Below are positions 19,401 to 28,407 of a stretch of 64,000 bases of DNA, piece after piece. Each line of letters starts with the position of its first letter. The stretch's first letter is position 1. The notes below the pieces were generated by a model. The model searched no databases. It saw nothing but the letters and a program-made list of their open reading frames with translations, and had not been told where the DNA came from. Both the position numbers and the translations under genes were made by a program. The stretch is from Minisyncoccota bacterium (GTDB lineage: Bacteria > Patescibacteriota > Minisyncoccia > Phycocordibacterales > JABAAK01), in NCBI GenBank assembly GCA_958295675.1, contig OY282360.1, forward strand, positions 658,026 to 722,025. The letters run 5' to 3'.

Positions 19401-19979
19401 ATGATGGAAAACACATACGCGGTACTTATAACCGATGCATTTATACTCCACACACGCGGAATCGGAGAAGCAGATAGGATAGTAACCGCACTGACACGGG
19501 AAAACGGAGTCATTGATATATTCGCGCGCAGTATTCGCAACGAACGGGCGAAGATGCGCGGCACCGTCAAACCATACAGTCGGGTATCGCTCTCCGCTGT
19601 GATAGGAAAAAGAAATATACTGAAAGATATCACAACAACCGACACACTCAGTGCGATTTGGCGGGAAAAAGAAAAATACACAGCATATGTGAATCTTCTG
19701 CAATTTGTCCGCACACAGGTACCCGCTGTCTCCGCAAAAGACAAACATCTGTTCCCTATAATTGAAAACGGAACGAGATACCTACAGGAATCAGAGGCGA
19801 AAAAATCTCCGGACATACTGCTCGTCGCACAGGTATCGCTGCTCAGCGCTCTCGGCTATGTGCACGACAAAGATATTGAACACAACACATTTGAAAAAAT
19901 ACTACACGACACCTCTATCTCAACAAAGCGGCGGAAAGACCTAAGTCAGCACCTGCGCCACGCATTGCTGCACCAATGA
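19401..19979 (+). CDS. recO: Putative DNA repair protein RecO (N-terminal OB fold)
   Basis: AVLITDAFILHTRGIGEADRIVTALTRENGVIDIFARSIR resembles the RecO N-terminus. Confidence 0.45.
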   Translation: MMENTYAVLITDAFILHTRGIGEADRIVTALTRENGVIDIFARSIRNERAKMRGTVKPYSRVSLSAVIGKRNILKDITTTDTLSAIWREKEKYTAYVNLLQFVRTQVPAVSAKDKHLFPIIENGTRYLQESEAKKSPDILLVAQVSLLSALGYVHDKDIEHNTFEKILHDTSISTKRRKDLSQHLRHALLHQ

Positions 19980-19982
19980 TGG

Positions 19983-22900
19983 TTAGCGAAATATTTTTCC
20001 CGGCCGCTCAACGAGCAGTACGGATATGTCCATGCCATCAATAATAATCGTCCGTCCGTCCGGAATAGGTTTCGCGCTGTAGATGATTGTGCTTACCCTT
20101 GTTTCCTTCTTTATTGTTTCCTCATATTCCTGTATATGCTTTTGCTGTTCAACAGGAATACAGATGTGCATCTCATGCACCGTTTCAGTAAGCGAAAGAT
20201 TCATTTCCTTGCGTATACTCTGAATGTTACGGACATATTCCCTACTGAACCCTTCGGAACGGAGTTCCGGTGTCAGAATCGTGTCGAGGACAACCTCATC
20301 TTTCGCGCCGGAATTAACAAGAACCTCTTTCACATTCAACTCATCGGCAATGATGGTACGCACCGCGACAGGTATATTTTGCTGAATAGTCACACGCATC
20401 AGCGGCTGCCGCACCTTTATACCCGCTTCCGACCGCTGCTCATGCGCAAGAGAAACAATGCGACGGGCGGTATTCATCGTCATGATACTGCGCGTATTGA
20501 CGGACATACCGCGCGGCCACCGGCACAAATGCACACTCTCCGGAACCAAAACAGAAAACATCTGAAATTTCTGCATACTCAAAAACAGATGCTCCGCATA
20601 AAACGGCGCGACAGGGGCAATACACTTCGCGAATTCAGTCAGCACAAAACGAAGCGTCTCACGCGCATGCGCACCGTCTTTGGTGTCATACCGTATCCTG
20701 TCCCGTGATCGGCGCAGATACCAAACAGATAAATCTTCAACAAACGCGCTGATAGGAGCAACCGCGACATCAAGACGGTAGCTCTCAAATCCCTTCGTGA
20801 TGGCGGCATGCGTTTCAGCAAAGCGGGAAAGAAGATATATATCAAGCGGATGACGGCTTCCCGCGACATGCGGCAAATGCGCATAAGCGGCATAGAAATT
20901 AAAACAGTTGTGCAGCCGCATATACACCTTTTTGTAAATCTCATCAACCTGCTCATCATTAAAATCAAGCGTCTCGCCGCGCATCACCGGAGAACCGAGC
21001 AGATAATGACGGAGCGCATCCGCACCGTACCGATTAACAACATCCATCGGATCGGAATAGTTTTTCAAACGCTTGCTCATTTTCTTGCCGTCCGCGGCGC
21101 GGATAATGCCGGTCGCGACTACCTGCCGGTACGGTGCTCTGCCGAACGCACCCACACCGATAGCGAGCAAACTGTAAAACCAACCGCGTGTTTGATCCAA
21201 TCCTTCGCAGATAAAATCGGCGGGGAATCCTTTATTCCGCGCCGGATTAAAAAGGGGTGTATCCACAAAGGGATAATACTGCGACGCGTACGGCATCGCA
21301 CCCGACTCAAACCAACAGTCAAACACTTCCCTGACATGTCGCGCCGGATTGCCGTCATCATCATACAGAACGACATCATCAATGTACGGTCGATGCAAAT
21401 CCACATCTCCGTCTTCAGTCCGCTTCACCGGCTTATACCGAAGCCGGAATGTGCCGGTATTACTGTTCAGCGGCGAAAAATGCTCTTTTAGGTACGAATA
21501 CCGAAACACACCCAAGGACTCCACTCTGCGCGCGCTCACCAACACCGCCTTGTGCGTAACGACGATAATATGCGCGCCGCTATACTGCTTATCCACAGCG
21601 TCAAGAAACTTGAGCATACGGACATACACATCGTTATATGATTCACCCGAACCTATCTTCTTCCGCATATCCCGATACGCTCCGCTTGCCACTGCCGTAT
21701 CCCGCACATCGGCATACGACCTGCCGTGCATATCAGGCAACTGCATCTCAATGATGAGCGGATCCTCAATAACTTTCGCACCGGTCGCTTTTGCTATATA
21801 ATCCGCCGTCTCCCGCGTCCGCTCAAGCGGCGAGGAAAAGATAACGGTCGGCTTAACATCTTTTAATTCCTCGGCAACCTTCCGCGCCTGCGCTTTGCCA
21901 CTCTCTGTGAGTCCCCATCCGCTGCCGGGTTTGCAGTTAAACACCTTCCGTTCGTTGCTGACCGAATGTCCGTGCCGTACAAATGTGTATGTGTTTCTTG
22001 GACGCATTCTTGCAAACATCTCCGAGAGAGAGCCGATGACAAGATACTGACCTGTCTTCTCAACCTGCCATATCGGCAGTGGCGCGCCCCAAAAACGGCT
22101 CCTTGACACCGCCCACGGCTGCGCATCTTTCAGCCAGTTACCGAATCTTCCGTCACGCACATGCTCCGGCACCCAGCGCACCTTCCTATTCTCGGCGACC
22201 ATTTTATCACGGTACCTGTCCGCGTGCACAAACCATGAATCAGCGGCGTAATTGAGCAGCGGTGTACTGCAACGCCAGCAAACCGGATAGCTGTGTTCAA
22301 TATCTTCACTGTGCAGCAATACACCTTTCTTTCGCAGCGCATCCAGTATCTTGTCATCCGTCTCTTTCGGATTTCCCTGCTCTTTCGGACGCAAACCGGC
22401 GAACGGACCGAGTTTGGAAATGAACACACCATCCTTTGAAACATGGTGGCGAATCGGCAGACCATGCTTCTCGGCGGTTTCCATATCGTCTGAGCCGTAT
22501 GCAGGCGCAAGATGCACGATACCGGTGCCGACTTCGGTGTCTATGTACGGCACATCGTACACACGCCAAATTTTCTCCGATACTCTGTCATCTTTTTCAT
22601 CCGCGTACAAAAAATCAAACGGCGGCAGATACTCTTCACCGATAAAATCAGAACCCTTCTTAGTCGCTGTTATATGTCCGTTTTTAAAAAGATGCGCCGC
22701 ATTGCTATGGACAATGTACCGCTTGCCGTTTTCCTCAACAACCGCATACTCAATATCACGACCGATACCGAGCGCGACATTGCCGAACAATGTCCATGGC
22801 GTGGTTGTCCATGCGACAAAAAAAGTATTTGCATACGCTTTCATCGGAAACAATGTGTATACCGCGGTATCAGTGAGCATTTCATAACTGTCAGCAACTT

Positions 22901-23522
22901 CTGTATTAGAAACTGTTGTTGAACATCTCGGACAAAGATGCAGCGATTTAAATCCCCTGCTTACAAAACCATTCTTATGCAGACGATGAAAGATTGACCA
23001 TACTGACTCCATATACGAAGCACTAAGTGTGCGGTAGTCATTCTCCATATCCACCCAGCGCCCGATACGGGGAATGATCTTCTTCCATGCGTCAGCATAC
23101 TGCAGCACAAATCTACAGATACCCGTATTGAACTTTTCAATGCCATATTTCTCAATATCGCTCTTGGACTTACTGCCGATCTCCTTCTCCATCTCAACTT
23201 CAAGCGGCAACCCATGGCAGTCCCACCCCCACCGGCGACGGACAATATATCCCCGCATAGTCTTGTAGCGCGGAATCGCATCCTTCACCGCGCTCGCCAA
23301 AATATGCCCATAGTGCGGAAGCCCTGTCGCAAACGGCGGTCCGTCATAGAAAATAAAGTGTTTTTTTTTGAAAAACCGACATACAGTACTCCAAAAACTG
23401 CCGGAAATTCCCTCCTCACTCTTCTCAAAAATACGATGTGTTCGCCAAAATGCAAGTATTTTTTCTTCCCGTTCAACAACCGTCTCTCGCAACGGCATAT
23501 CCTTCCTTTCAGTCATATGCAT
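19983..23522 (-). CDS. ileS: Isoleucyl-tRNA synthetase with an inserted histidine-phosphatase (phosphoglycerate-mutase-like) domain
   Basis: HYGH (PHYGHILAS), GWDCHGLP and KMSKRLKN. Residues about 508-705 carry RHGHS..SSPLERTRETA..VTH, not present in canonical IleRS. Confidence 0.9.
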   Translation of the reverse strand: MHMTERKDMPLRETVVEREEKILAFWRTHRIFEKSEEGISGSFWSTVCRFFKKKHFIFYDGPPFATGLPHYGHILASAVKDAIPRYKTMRGYIVRRRWGWDCHGLPLEVEMEKEIGSKSKSDIEKYGIEKFNTGICRFVLQYADAWKKIIPRIGRWVDMENDYRTLSASYMESVWSIFHRLHKNGFVSRGFKSLHLCPRCSTTVSNTEVADSYEMLTDTAVYTLFPMKAYANTFFVAWTTTPWTLFGNVALGIGRDIEYAVVEENGKRYIVHSNAAHLFKNGHITATKKGSDFIGEEYLPPFDFLYADEKDDRVSEKIWRVYDVPYIDTEVGTGIVHLAPAYGSDDMETAEKHGLPIRHHVSKDGVFISKLGPFAGLRPKEQGNPKETDDKILDALRKKGVLLHSEDIEHSYPVCWRCSTPLLNYAADSWFVHADRYRDKMVAENRKVRWVPEHVRDGRFGNWLKDAQPWAVSRSRFWGAPLPIWQVEKTGQYLVIGSLSEMFARMRPRNTYTFVRHGHSVSNERKVFNCKPGSGWGLTESGKAQARKVAEELKDVKPTVIFSSPLERTRETADYIAKATGAKVIEDPLIIEMQLPDMHGRSYADVRDTAVASGAYRDMRKKIGSGESYNDVYVRMLKFLDAVDKQYSGAHIIVVTHKAVLVSARRVESLGVFRYSYLKEHFSPLNSNTGTFRLRYKPVKRTEDGDVDLHRPYIDDVVLYDDDGNPARHVREVFDCWFESGAMPYASQYYPFVDTPLFNPARNKGFPADFICEGLDQTRGWFYSLLAIGVGAFGRAPYRQVVATGIIRAADGKKMSKRLKNYSDPMDVVNRYGADALRHYLLGSPVMRGETLDFNDEQVDEIYKKVYMRLHNCFNFYAAYAHLPHVAGSRHPLDIYLLSRFAETHAAITKGFESYRLDVAVAPISAFVEDLSVWYLRRSRDRIRYDTKDGAHARETLRFVLTEFAKCIAPVAPFYAEHLFLSMQKFQMFSVLVPESVHLCRWPRGMSVNTRSIMTMNTARRIVSLAHEQRSEAGIKVRQPLMRVTIQQNIPVAVRTIIADELNVKEVLVNSGAKDEVVLDTILTPELRSEGFSREYVRNIQSIRKEMNLSLTETVHEMHICIPVEQQKHIQEYEETIKKETRVSTIIYSAKPIPDGRTIIIDGMDISVLLVERPGKIFR

Positions 23523-23831
23523 TATAATAACACAAAAAACTCAATAATACATTAGAAAAAATTAATATGTAATATAAAAATACAGAAAAATCTGCTATAC
23601 TACGAGGGTAGTACTTTGCAGCACAACATTTGGGGTCATGGCATTTGCCAGTTCTCGCTTCTGTTGTATGAGAACACAAATCTTCCCCGACTCCCCCAAT
23701 CCCTTGCAAGATTGTTTCTGCAAGGGATTTTTATGGCACCTGCATACTATCACAGGCACCGCCGGTCGCCACACGAACATCAATCTATTAAATAACAAAA
23801 AAGATTTTATTTTGTAGTATACTGTTCCAAC

Positions 23832-24845
23832 ATGATACTGACATACATTGTCGTCATAATTCTTATCACACTCTCAGCATTATTCTCCGGTCTGACCCTC
23901 GGTCTCATGGGTCTTGATGTGTACGATGTGGAGCGAAAGATGCGGGACGGCAACAAGTACGCGAAAAAAATATACCCGCTGCGTGTCCGCGGCAATCTTC
24001 TGCTGACTTCTCTGCTGCTTGGTAATGTGTTCGTCAACGCCGTGCTGTCAGTATTCCTCGGAAGTATCGCCGGCGGAGTCGTTGCGGGCATAACAGCAAC
24101 TGCGCTCATTTTTATATTCGGTGAAATTATCCCGCAAGCGACAATACCGCGCTACGCGCTGCGGTTCGGTGCCGCGACCGTACCGCTGGTGCGCGGTCTC
24201 ATATTCATCTTGTACCCGATTGTATATCCGATATCCCTTTTACTTGATAAACTGCTCGGCAAAGAAGCACCGAATGTGTACTCCCACAACGAACTTATCT
24301 CAATCATCGCGGAACATGAAGATTCAAAAAAATCACCATTGGATGCTGATGAAGAAAGAATTGTCCTCGGCGCGCTGAAATTCTCCAACAAAAAAATCAA
24401 TAAAACCATGACTCCGCGTACTGTGGTAGTCGGCGTACTCAAAAACGAAAAACTCACACAGGAATTGATAGATAAACTCGTCAACAGCGGTTTCTCAAGG
24501 TTTCCGGTATATGAGAATGAAACTCGGGAAAAAGTCGTCGGCTTGTTACCGATTCGATCATTGATCGGCATAGAAATGAAAGGTGCGGTCAGCGATATAA
24601 ACCTGCTTGAAGTGCATATGGTTGATGAGCAGATGCCGCTGGACGATGTGCTCAATAAGTTTATAAAAACACACATGCAGATGTTCGCCGTTCAGGACGA
24701 ATTCGGCAGTTTTGCCGGCATTATAACTGTTGAGGATATTTTAGAAGAAATCATTCAATGTGAAATTATTGATGAAAACGACAAACACCACAACATGCGA
24801 AAACTTGCCCGAGATAAGAAAAACGGAAAGAATAAGGAAAAATAA
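23832..24845 (+). CDS. CNNM/CorC-type transporter (DUF21 TM domain plus CBS pair)
   Basis: 4 TM helices N-terminal. GEIIPQ motif. CBS-like region VVGLLPIRSLI..FAVQDEFGSFAGIITVEDILEEI. Confidence 0.8.
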   Translation: MILTYIVVIILITLSALFSGLTLGLMGLDVYDVERKMRDGNKYAKKIYPLRVRGNLLLTSLLLGNVFVNAVLSVFLGSIAGGVVAGITATALIFIFGEIIPQATIPRYALRFGAATVPLVRGLIFILYPIVYPISLLLDKLLGKEAPNVYSHNELISIIAEHEDSKKSPLDADEERIVLGALKFSNKKINKTMTPRTVVVGVLKNEKLTQELIDKLVNSGFSRFPVYENETREKVVGLLPIRSLIGIEMKGAVSDINLLEVHMVDEQMPLDDVLNKFIKTHMQMFAVQDEFGSFAGIITVEDILEEIIQCEIIDENDKHHNMRKLARDKKNGKNKEK

Positions 24846-24878
24846 CAGAGCTACAATGCTTGCGCCACCCGACAATGT

Positions 24879-25835
24879 TCAGGCATCGCCGAACCGTTCC
24901 TCAATCCATTCCCTACTCTCCGGATCATCAGTGCTGTATCCGAGAATAGGTGCAAGAACGGCAAGAACAAAACGAACAAACCGTCCGCCGTTATTAACCT
25001 GCTCAATAATATCTTCATCTGTGTTAAAGGTAATATGATAATCCGCGCGCACCTCGCCATTTTTCAGTAATCTGCCGGATTCGCCACGTTTTCGTTCAAA
25101 ATAACTACAGAAACCGGGCGAAGAATACTCTTCATCAAGGTATGTCTCGTCAAAATATTCATAAGAAGTTTCCGCTGTATAGCCGAGCGGCATCTGCTGA
25201 ATAATGGATGTTACCCTATCATACATATCAAAAGTAATTACTACGCGTTGTTTACCGTCCTCTTCAGCGTGAGTCACCGGCGCGTCTCTCACCTGAAGCG
25301 GCAGAGATGTCCGGTCGCACTCCCGTGTCGGTGCCGGTTCCGACGAACGAAAAGTAAGTATCGGCACCAACTCTCCGTTATGTGTCGCGCTTACAGACAC
25401 ACCGTCCTCATAAACGGTCTCTTGAGACCCGATCACCTCATCACCTTGCAATAGCTCCCATGATTCCCGGCGAAGACTTTGCAGAAAATCATACGGACAG
25501 GTATAGGAATACTCGTGTACACTCCGAACAGTATATCCATCCCATTCGCTCACGGAAGAAATCACGCGGTTGAATATATCATAGGTAATCTGCGCTTCTG
25601 TCTGACCGGACACATTCACAAAACTTTCGCTGGCGGTCACTGTTACCGGTGCGTCATGCTTTTGAATAGGAAGAAGATTCCGAACCGCACAACCGCGCGC
25701 AGCAGGATCAGAAAGTGCCCGCTCCAATGAAACCTGATCCGCACCGGCAACCATCGGCATCAAAAACAGCGATGCCGCAGTAAATGCTGTTGCTACTAAC
25801 AACACTCTTCTCAAAATTTCCGCTGTGCCACGCAT
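24879..25835 (-). CDS. Secreted hypothetical protein (start chosen at MRGTAEIL with a signal peptide)
   Basis: Signal-like LLVATAFTAASLFLMPMVAGA. Confidence 0.45.
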   Translation of the reverse strand: MRGTAEILRRVLLVATAFTAASLFLMPMVAGADQVSLERALSDPAARGCAVRNLLPIQKHDAPVTVTASESFVNVSGQTEAQITYDIFNRVISSVSEWDGYTVRSVHEYSYTCPYDFLQSLRRESWELLQGDEVIGSQETVYEDGVSVSATHNGELVPILTFRSSEPAPTRECDRTSLPLQVRDAPVTHAEEDGKQRVVITFDMYDRVTSIIQQMPLGYTAETSYEYFDETYLDEEYSSPGFCSYFERKRGESGRLLKNGEVRADYHITFNTDEDIIEQVNNGGRFVRFVLAVLAPILGYSTDDPESREWIEERFGDA

Positions 25836-25958
25836 ACTAATAAAGTAGCACAGTACTGCAAATATCAATCGCATACTTTGGAAAACAGAAATTTGTGGTG
25901 CGAAGTAGAACATGTGCACAAAGAATTGCAATAGGTATTTCACCGTTATAATAAAAAT

Positions 25959-26819
25959 ATGGTAAAAATGACAGATACTGCCATTAGGCAAAAGATACAA
26001 AGAGAAGGACAGTTGTTAGAAAATAGAATATTGTGCGGTAATGCCTCAGATATAATTAAAGGTTTCCCATCCGCTTTCATTGATCTCACTGTTACATCAC
26101 CACCATACGATGAATTGAGAAATTACGAGGGATATAATTTTGATTTTGAGTCCATAGCACAAGAATTATTTAGAGTAACAAAAACTGGAGGAGTTCTTGT
26201 ATGGGTTGTGGGTGATAAGATAAAAAATGGAGACAGGAGTTTGACGAGTTTTAAGCAGGTAATCTTATTTCAAGAATTGGGATTCCGTGTTCATGATGTG
26301 ATGATCTATAAGAAAAAAAACACACCGTTCATGCGATCAAACGGATACACAAACTGCTTTGAATTTATGTTTGTGTTGAGTAAGGGAAAACCAGCAGTGT
26401 TCAACCCGATTCAAATAGACACAGTTAGACAGGGATTAGAAATGCTCACACACAACAAAGGTCCGGATGGTGTGAACAAAAAAATATTAAAGACATTGAA
26501 CAGCAAAAAGACAAAAACAAACATTTGGGAATATGCAGTCGGACTACATGGCTCAACAAGTGATAAAATCGCTTTTGAGCACCCTGCCATCTTTCCAGAA
26601 AAACTCGCAGAAGACCATATTCTCTCTTGGACCAACGAAGGGGATATAGTATTTGATCCGATGTGCGGTTCAGGAACTACCTGTAAAATGGCACAAAAAA
26701 ACAATCGGATTTATGTCGGTTGTGATATCTCAGAAAAATATGTAGAAATTGCTAAAAAAAGAATGGAATGTGTCACTTCCAACTTATCTTTATTTAATAA
26801 ATCTAATAGCTCTTCTTAA
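25959..26819 (+). CDS. Beta-class N6-adenine/N4-cytosine DNA methyltransferase (Type II)
   Basis: Motif IV SPPY (VTSPPYDE) precedes motif I FDPMCGSGTT. AT-rich. Confidence 0.85.
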   Translation: MVKMTDTAIRQKIQREGQLLENRILCGNASDIIKGFPSAFIDLTVTSPPYDELRNYEGYNFDFESIAQELFRVTKTGGVLVWVVGDKIKNGDRSLTSFKQVILFQELGFRVHDVMIYKKKNTPFMRSNGYTNCFEFMFVLSKGKPAVFNPIQIDTVRQGLEMLTHNKGPDGVNKKILKTLNSKKTKTNIWEYAVGLHGSTSDKIAFEHPAIFPEKLAEDHILSWTNEGDIVFDPMCGSGTTCKMAQKNNRIYVGCDISEKYVEIAKKRMECVTSNLSLFNKSNSSS

Positions 26820-27371
26820 AATTTTCACGTCATCTTTAAATCTTCCTATTCCTGTATTACAACTATCACAAATCCAACCTCGTATTTTCCCCGTTTTGTG
26901 ATTATGATCAATGACTACTTTACTGGTAATACCCGCAATAGTTTTTTTGTGGCAAATTGGACATTCAAATGGAATTCTATTCGGCTTTGTTTTCAAAAAC
27001 TTTTTCCTCTCCTTTGAATCAACAGGTACTCCGTCAATGTATCTTCTGCAATCTCTACAAGAGGGTCTTCTAACTGTTCTGTTGTCTTTTGCATTTTGAT
27101 TCTTGTCAAAATGAGAAGTTTTTAATAACTTATGACAAACATTGCAAATCTTTTTTTGAAAATCATCTCCAGTTTTACTAATATTAAAAAATGATATCAA
27201 CTCTCTTTTTATATTCACTCTTTGTCCATTTCTAACAAAAAATACGGAATATTTTTCTCCAATCTTATCCTCAACCATCCCAACATCGTTCTTTTTCAGT
27301 AAAATATTCTTGGAGAATTTCACATCTTTTTTCAGAAAAGCAAATCTTGATTTCTTCTTTTTTATTGTCAT
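26790..27371 (-). CDS. Putative HNH-family restriction endonuclease (Cys-rich), cognate of the 25959 methyltransferase
   Basis: VIDHNHKTGKIRGWICDSCNTG HNH motif plus CxxC pairs. Convergent and overlapping 30 bp with the methyltransferase. Confidence 0.55.
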   Translation of the reverse strand: MTIKKKKSRFAFLKKDVKFSKNILLKKNDVGMVEDKIGEKYSVFFVRNGQRVNIKRELISFFNISKTGDDFQKKICNVCHKLLKTSHFDKNQNAKDNRTVRRPSCRDCRRYIDGVPVDSKERKKFLKTKPNRIPFECPICHKKTIAGITSKVVIDHNHKTGKIRGWICDSCNTGIGRFKDDVKILRRAIRFIK

Positions 27372-27657
27372 AGCAAATTTTTCTATGAACCAGTAAAACT
27401 GGCATTTTGGCTATACTCCTTTGGTTGCTGTGTACAGCATACCAAATTGCAAGAAAGTCCGCTTGCACAAAAATTCCTAAAGATGCAGTGTTCGCTTCTG
27501 CCCAAACACGAGAAATATTTTTTGTGTTGTATATTACTAATGCAACCATAGATAATCGGTAGAGCACTTGAAGCACCCCGTCAGTTCATAGGGCTCTACT
27601 CTATGGTTGCGCTGGCGGGGTGCTTCATTTATAACGCACAACGAATAAACCATCCTG

Positions 27658-27746
27658 CGGAGAGGGTGGGATTCGAACCCACGGTGCGGTGTGACCCGCA
27701 CACTCGTACTCCAAACGAGCGCCTTCGACCACTCAGCCACCTCTCC
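27658..27746 (-). tRNA. tRNA-Ser (anticodon GGA), type II long variable arm
   Basis: GGAGAGGTGGCTGAGTGGTCGAAGGCGCTCGTTTGGAGTACGAGTGTGCGGGTCACACCGCACCGTGGGTTCGAATCCCACCCTCTCCG. Anticodon loop TTGGAGT. Confidence 0.85.
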
Positions 27747-27783
27747 TTTTTCAATATGGTAGCACACTTACCGCGCACACCAA

Positions 27784-28170
27784 CTATTCAAAATCAATAG
27801 GAGCATCAGGTGCATGTCTGTCCAGATAACTCTGCAAAATGATGGTTGCCGCTTCCGCATCACTCCCCTTTCCGAGCCGCGATGCTTCTTGTGTTGAAAA
27901 TTGTTCCGGCTGAAATATAATTTCCGCTTTCCCGCGCAGCGCATCGGCGACGGCACGCACATCTTGCATAATCGGATTCTCGGATCCGTCCAATGCCAAT
28001 GATTCACCGATAACAACAGCGGAAATGTTTCTCTCGTCAATGATGGCAGCCATCCGATCAATACACGCTTCCCGCGACAGCACTTCAAGCGGAAACGCGA
28101 CTGTTCCCGCATCATCGGAAATTGCGACACCGACCCGCTTACTGCCGATATCAACGCCGAGATACTTCAT
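27784..28170 (-). CDS. ruvX: Holliday junction resolvase-like YqgF/RuvX
   Basis: MKYLGVDIGSKRVGVAISD. Confidence 0.85.
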   Translation of the reverse strand: MKYLGVDIGSKRVGVAISDDAGTVAFPLEVLSREACIDRMAAIIDERNISAVVIGESLALDGSENPIMQDVRAVADALRGKAEIIFQPEQFSTQEASRLGKGSDAEAATIILQSYLDRHAPDAPIDFE

Positions 28171-28178
28171 ACCGAAAA

Positions 28179-28406
28179 TTATGATGCCTCTTTAACAATC
28201 CTGCCTTCGCTGTCCTTCATCTTGCCGAACAAAATAAGCAAGATATCAATCAGCCACCAAATGCCGAAACCGCCAATGGTGATTAACTTCAAGAAACCGG
28301 TACCGTACTTCCCCAAATAGAATCGATCAATACCAAATGCACCAATCAAAATGGACACGATGACCAGAACAGTAAAATCTTTATCACTCTTTTCTTCCAT
28401 ACCCAT
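28179..28406 (-). CDS. TM2-domain small membrane protein
   Basis: GAFGIDRFYLGKYGTGFLKLITIGGFGIWWLIDI. Confidence 0.6.
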   Translation of the reverse strand: MGMEEKSDKDFTVLVIVSILIGAFGIDRFYLGKYGTGFLKLITIGGFGIWWLIDILLILFGKMKDSEGRIVKEAS

Positions 28407-28407
28407 A

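Noticed and set aside
27537-27767. 76 aa ORF on the minus strand
   Set aside because: It fully overlaps tRNA-Ser. The 'protein' is a translation of the tRNA sequence.
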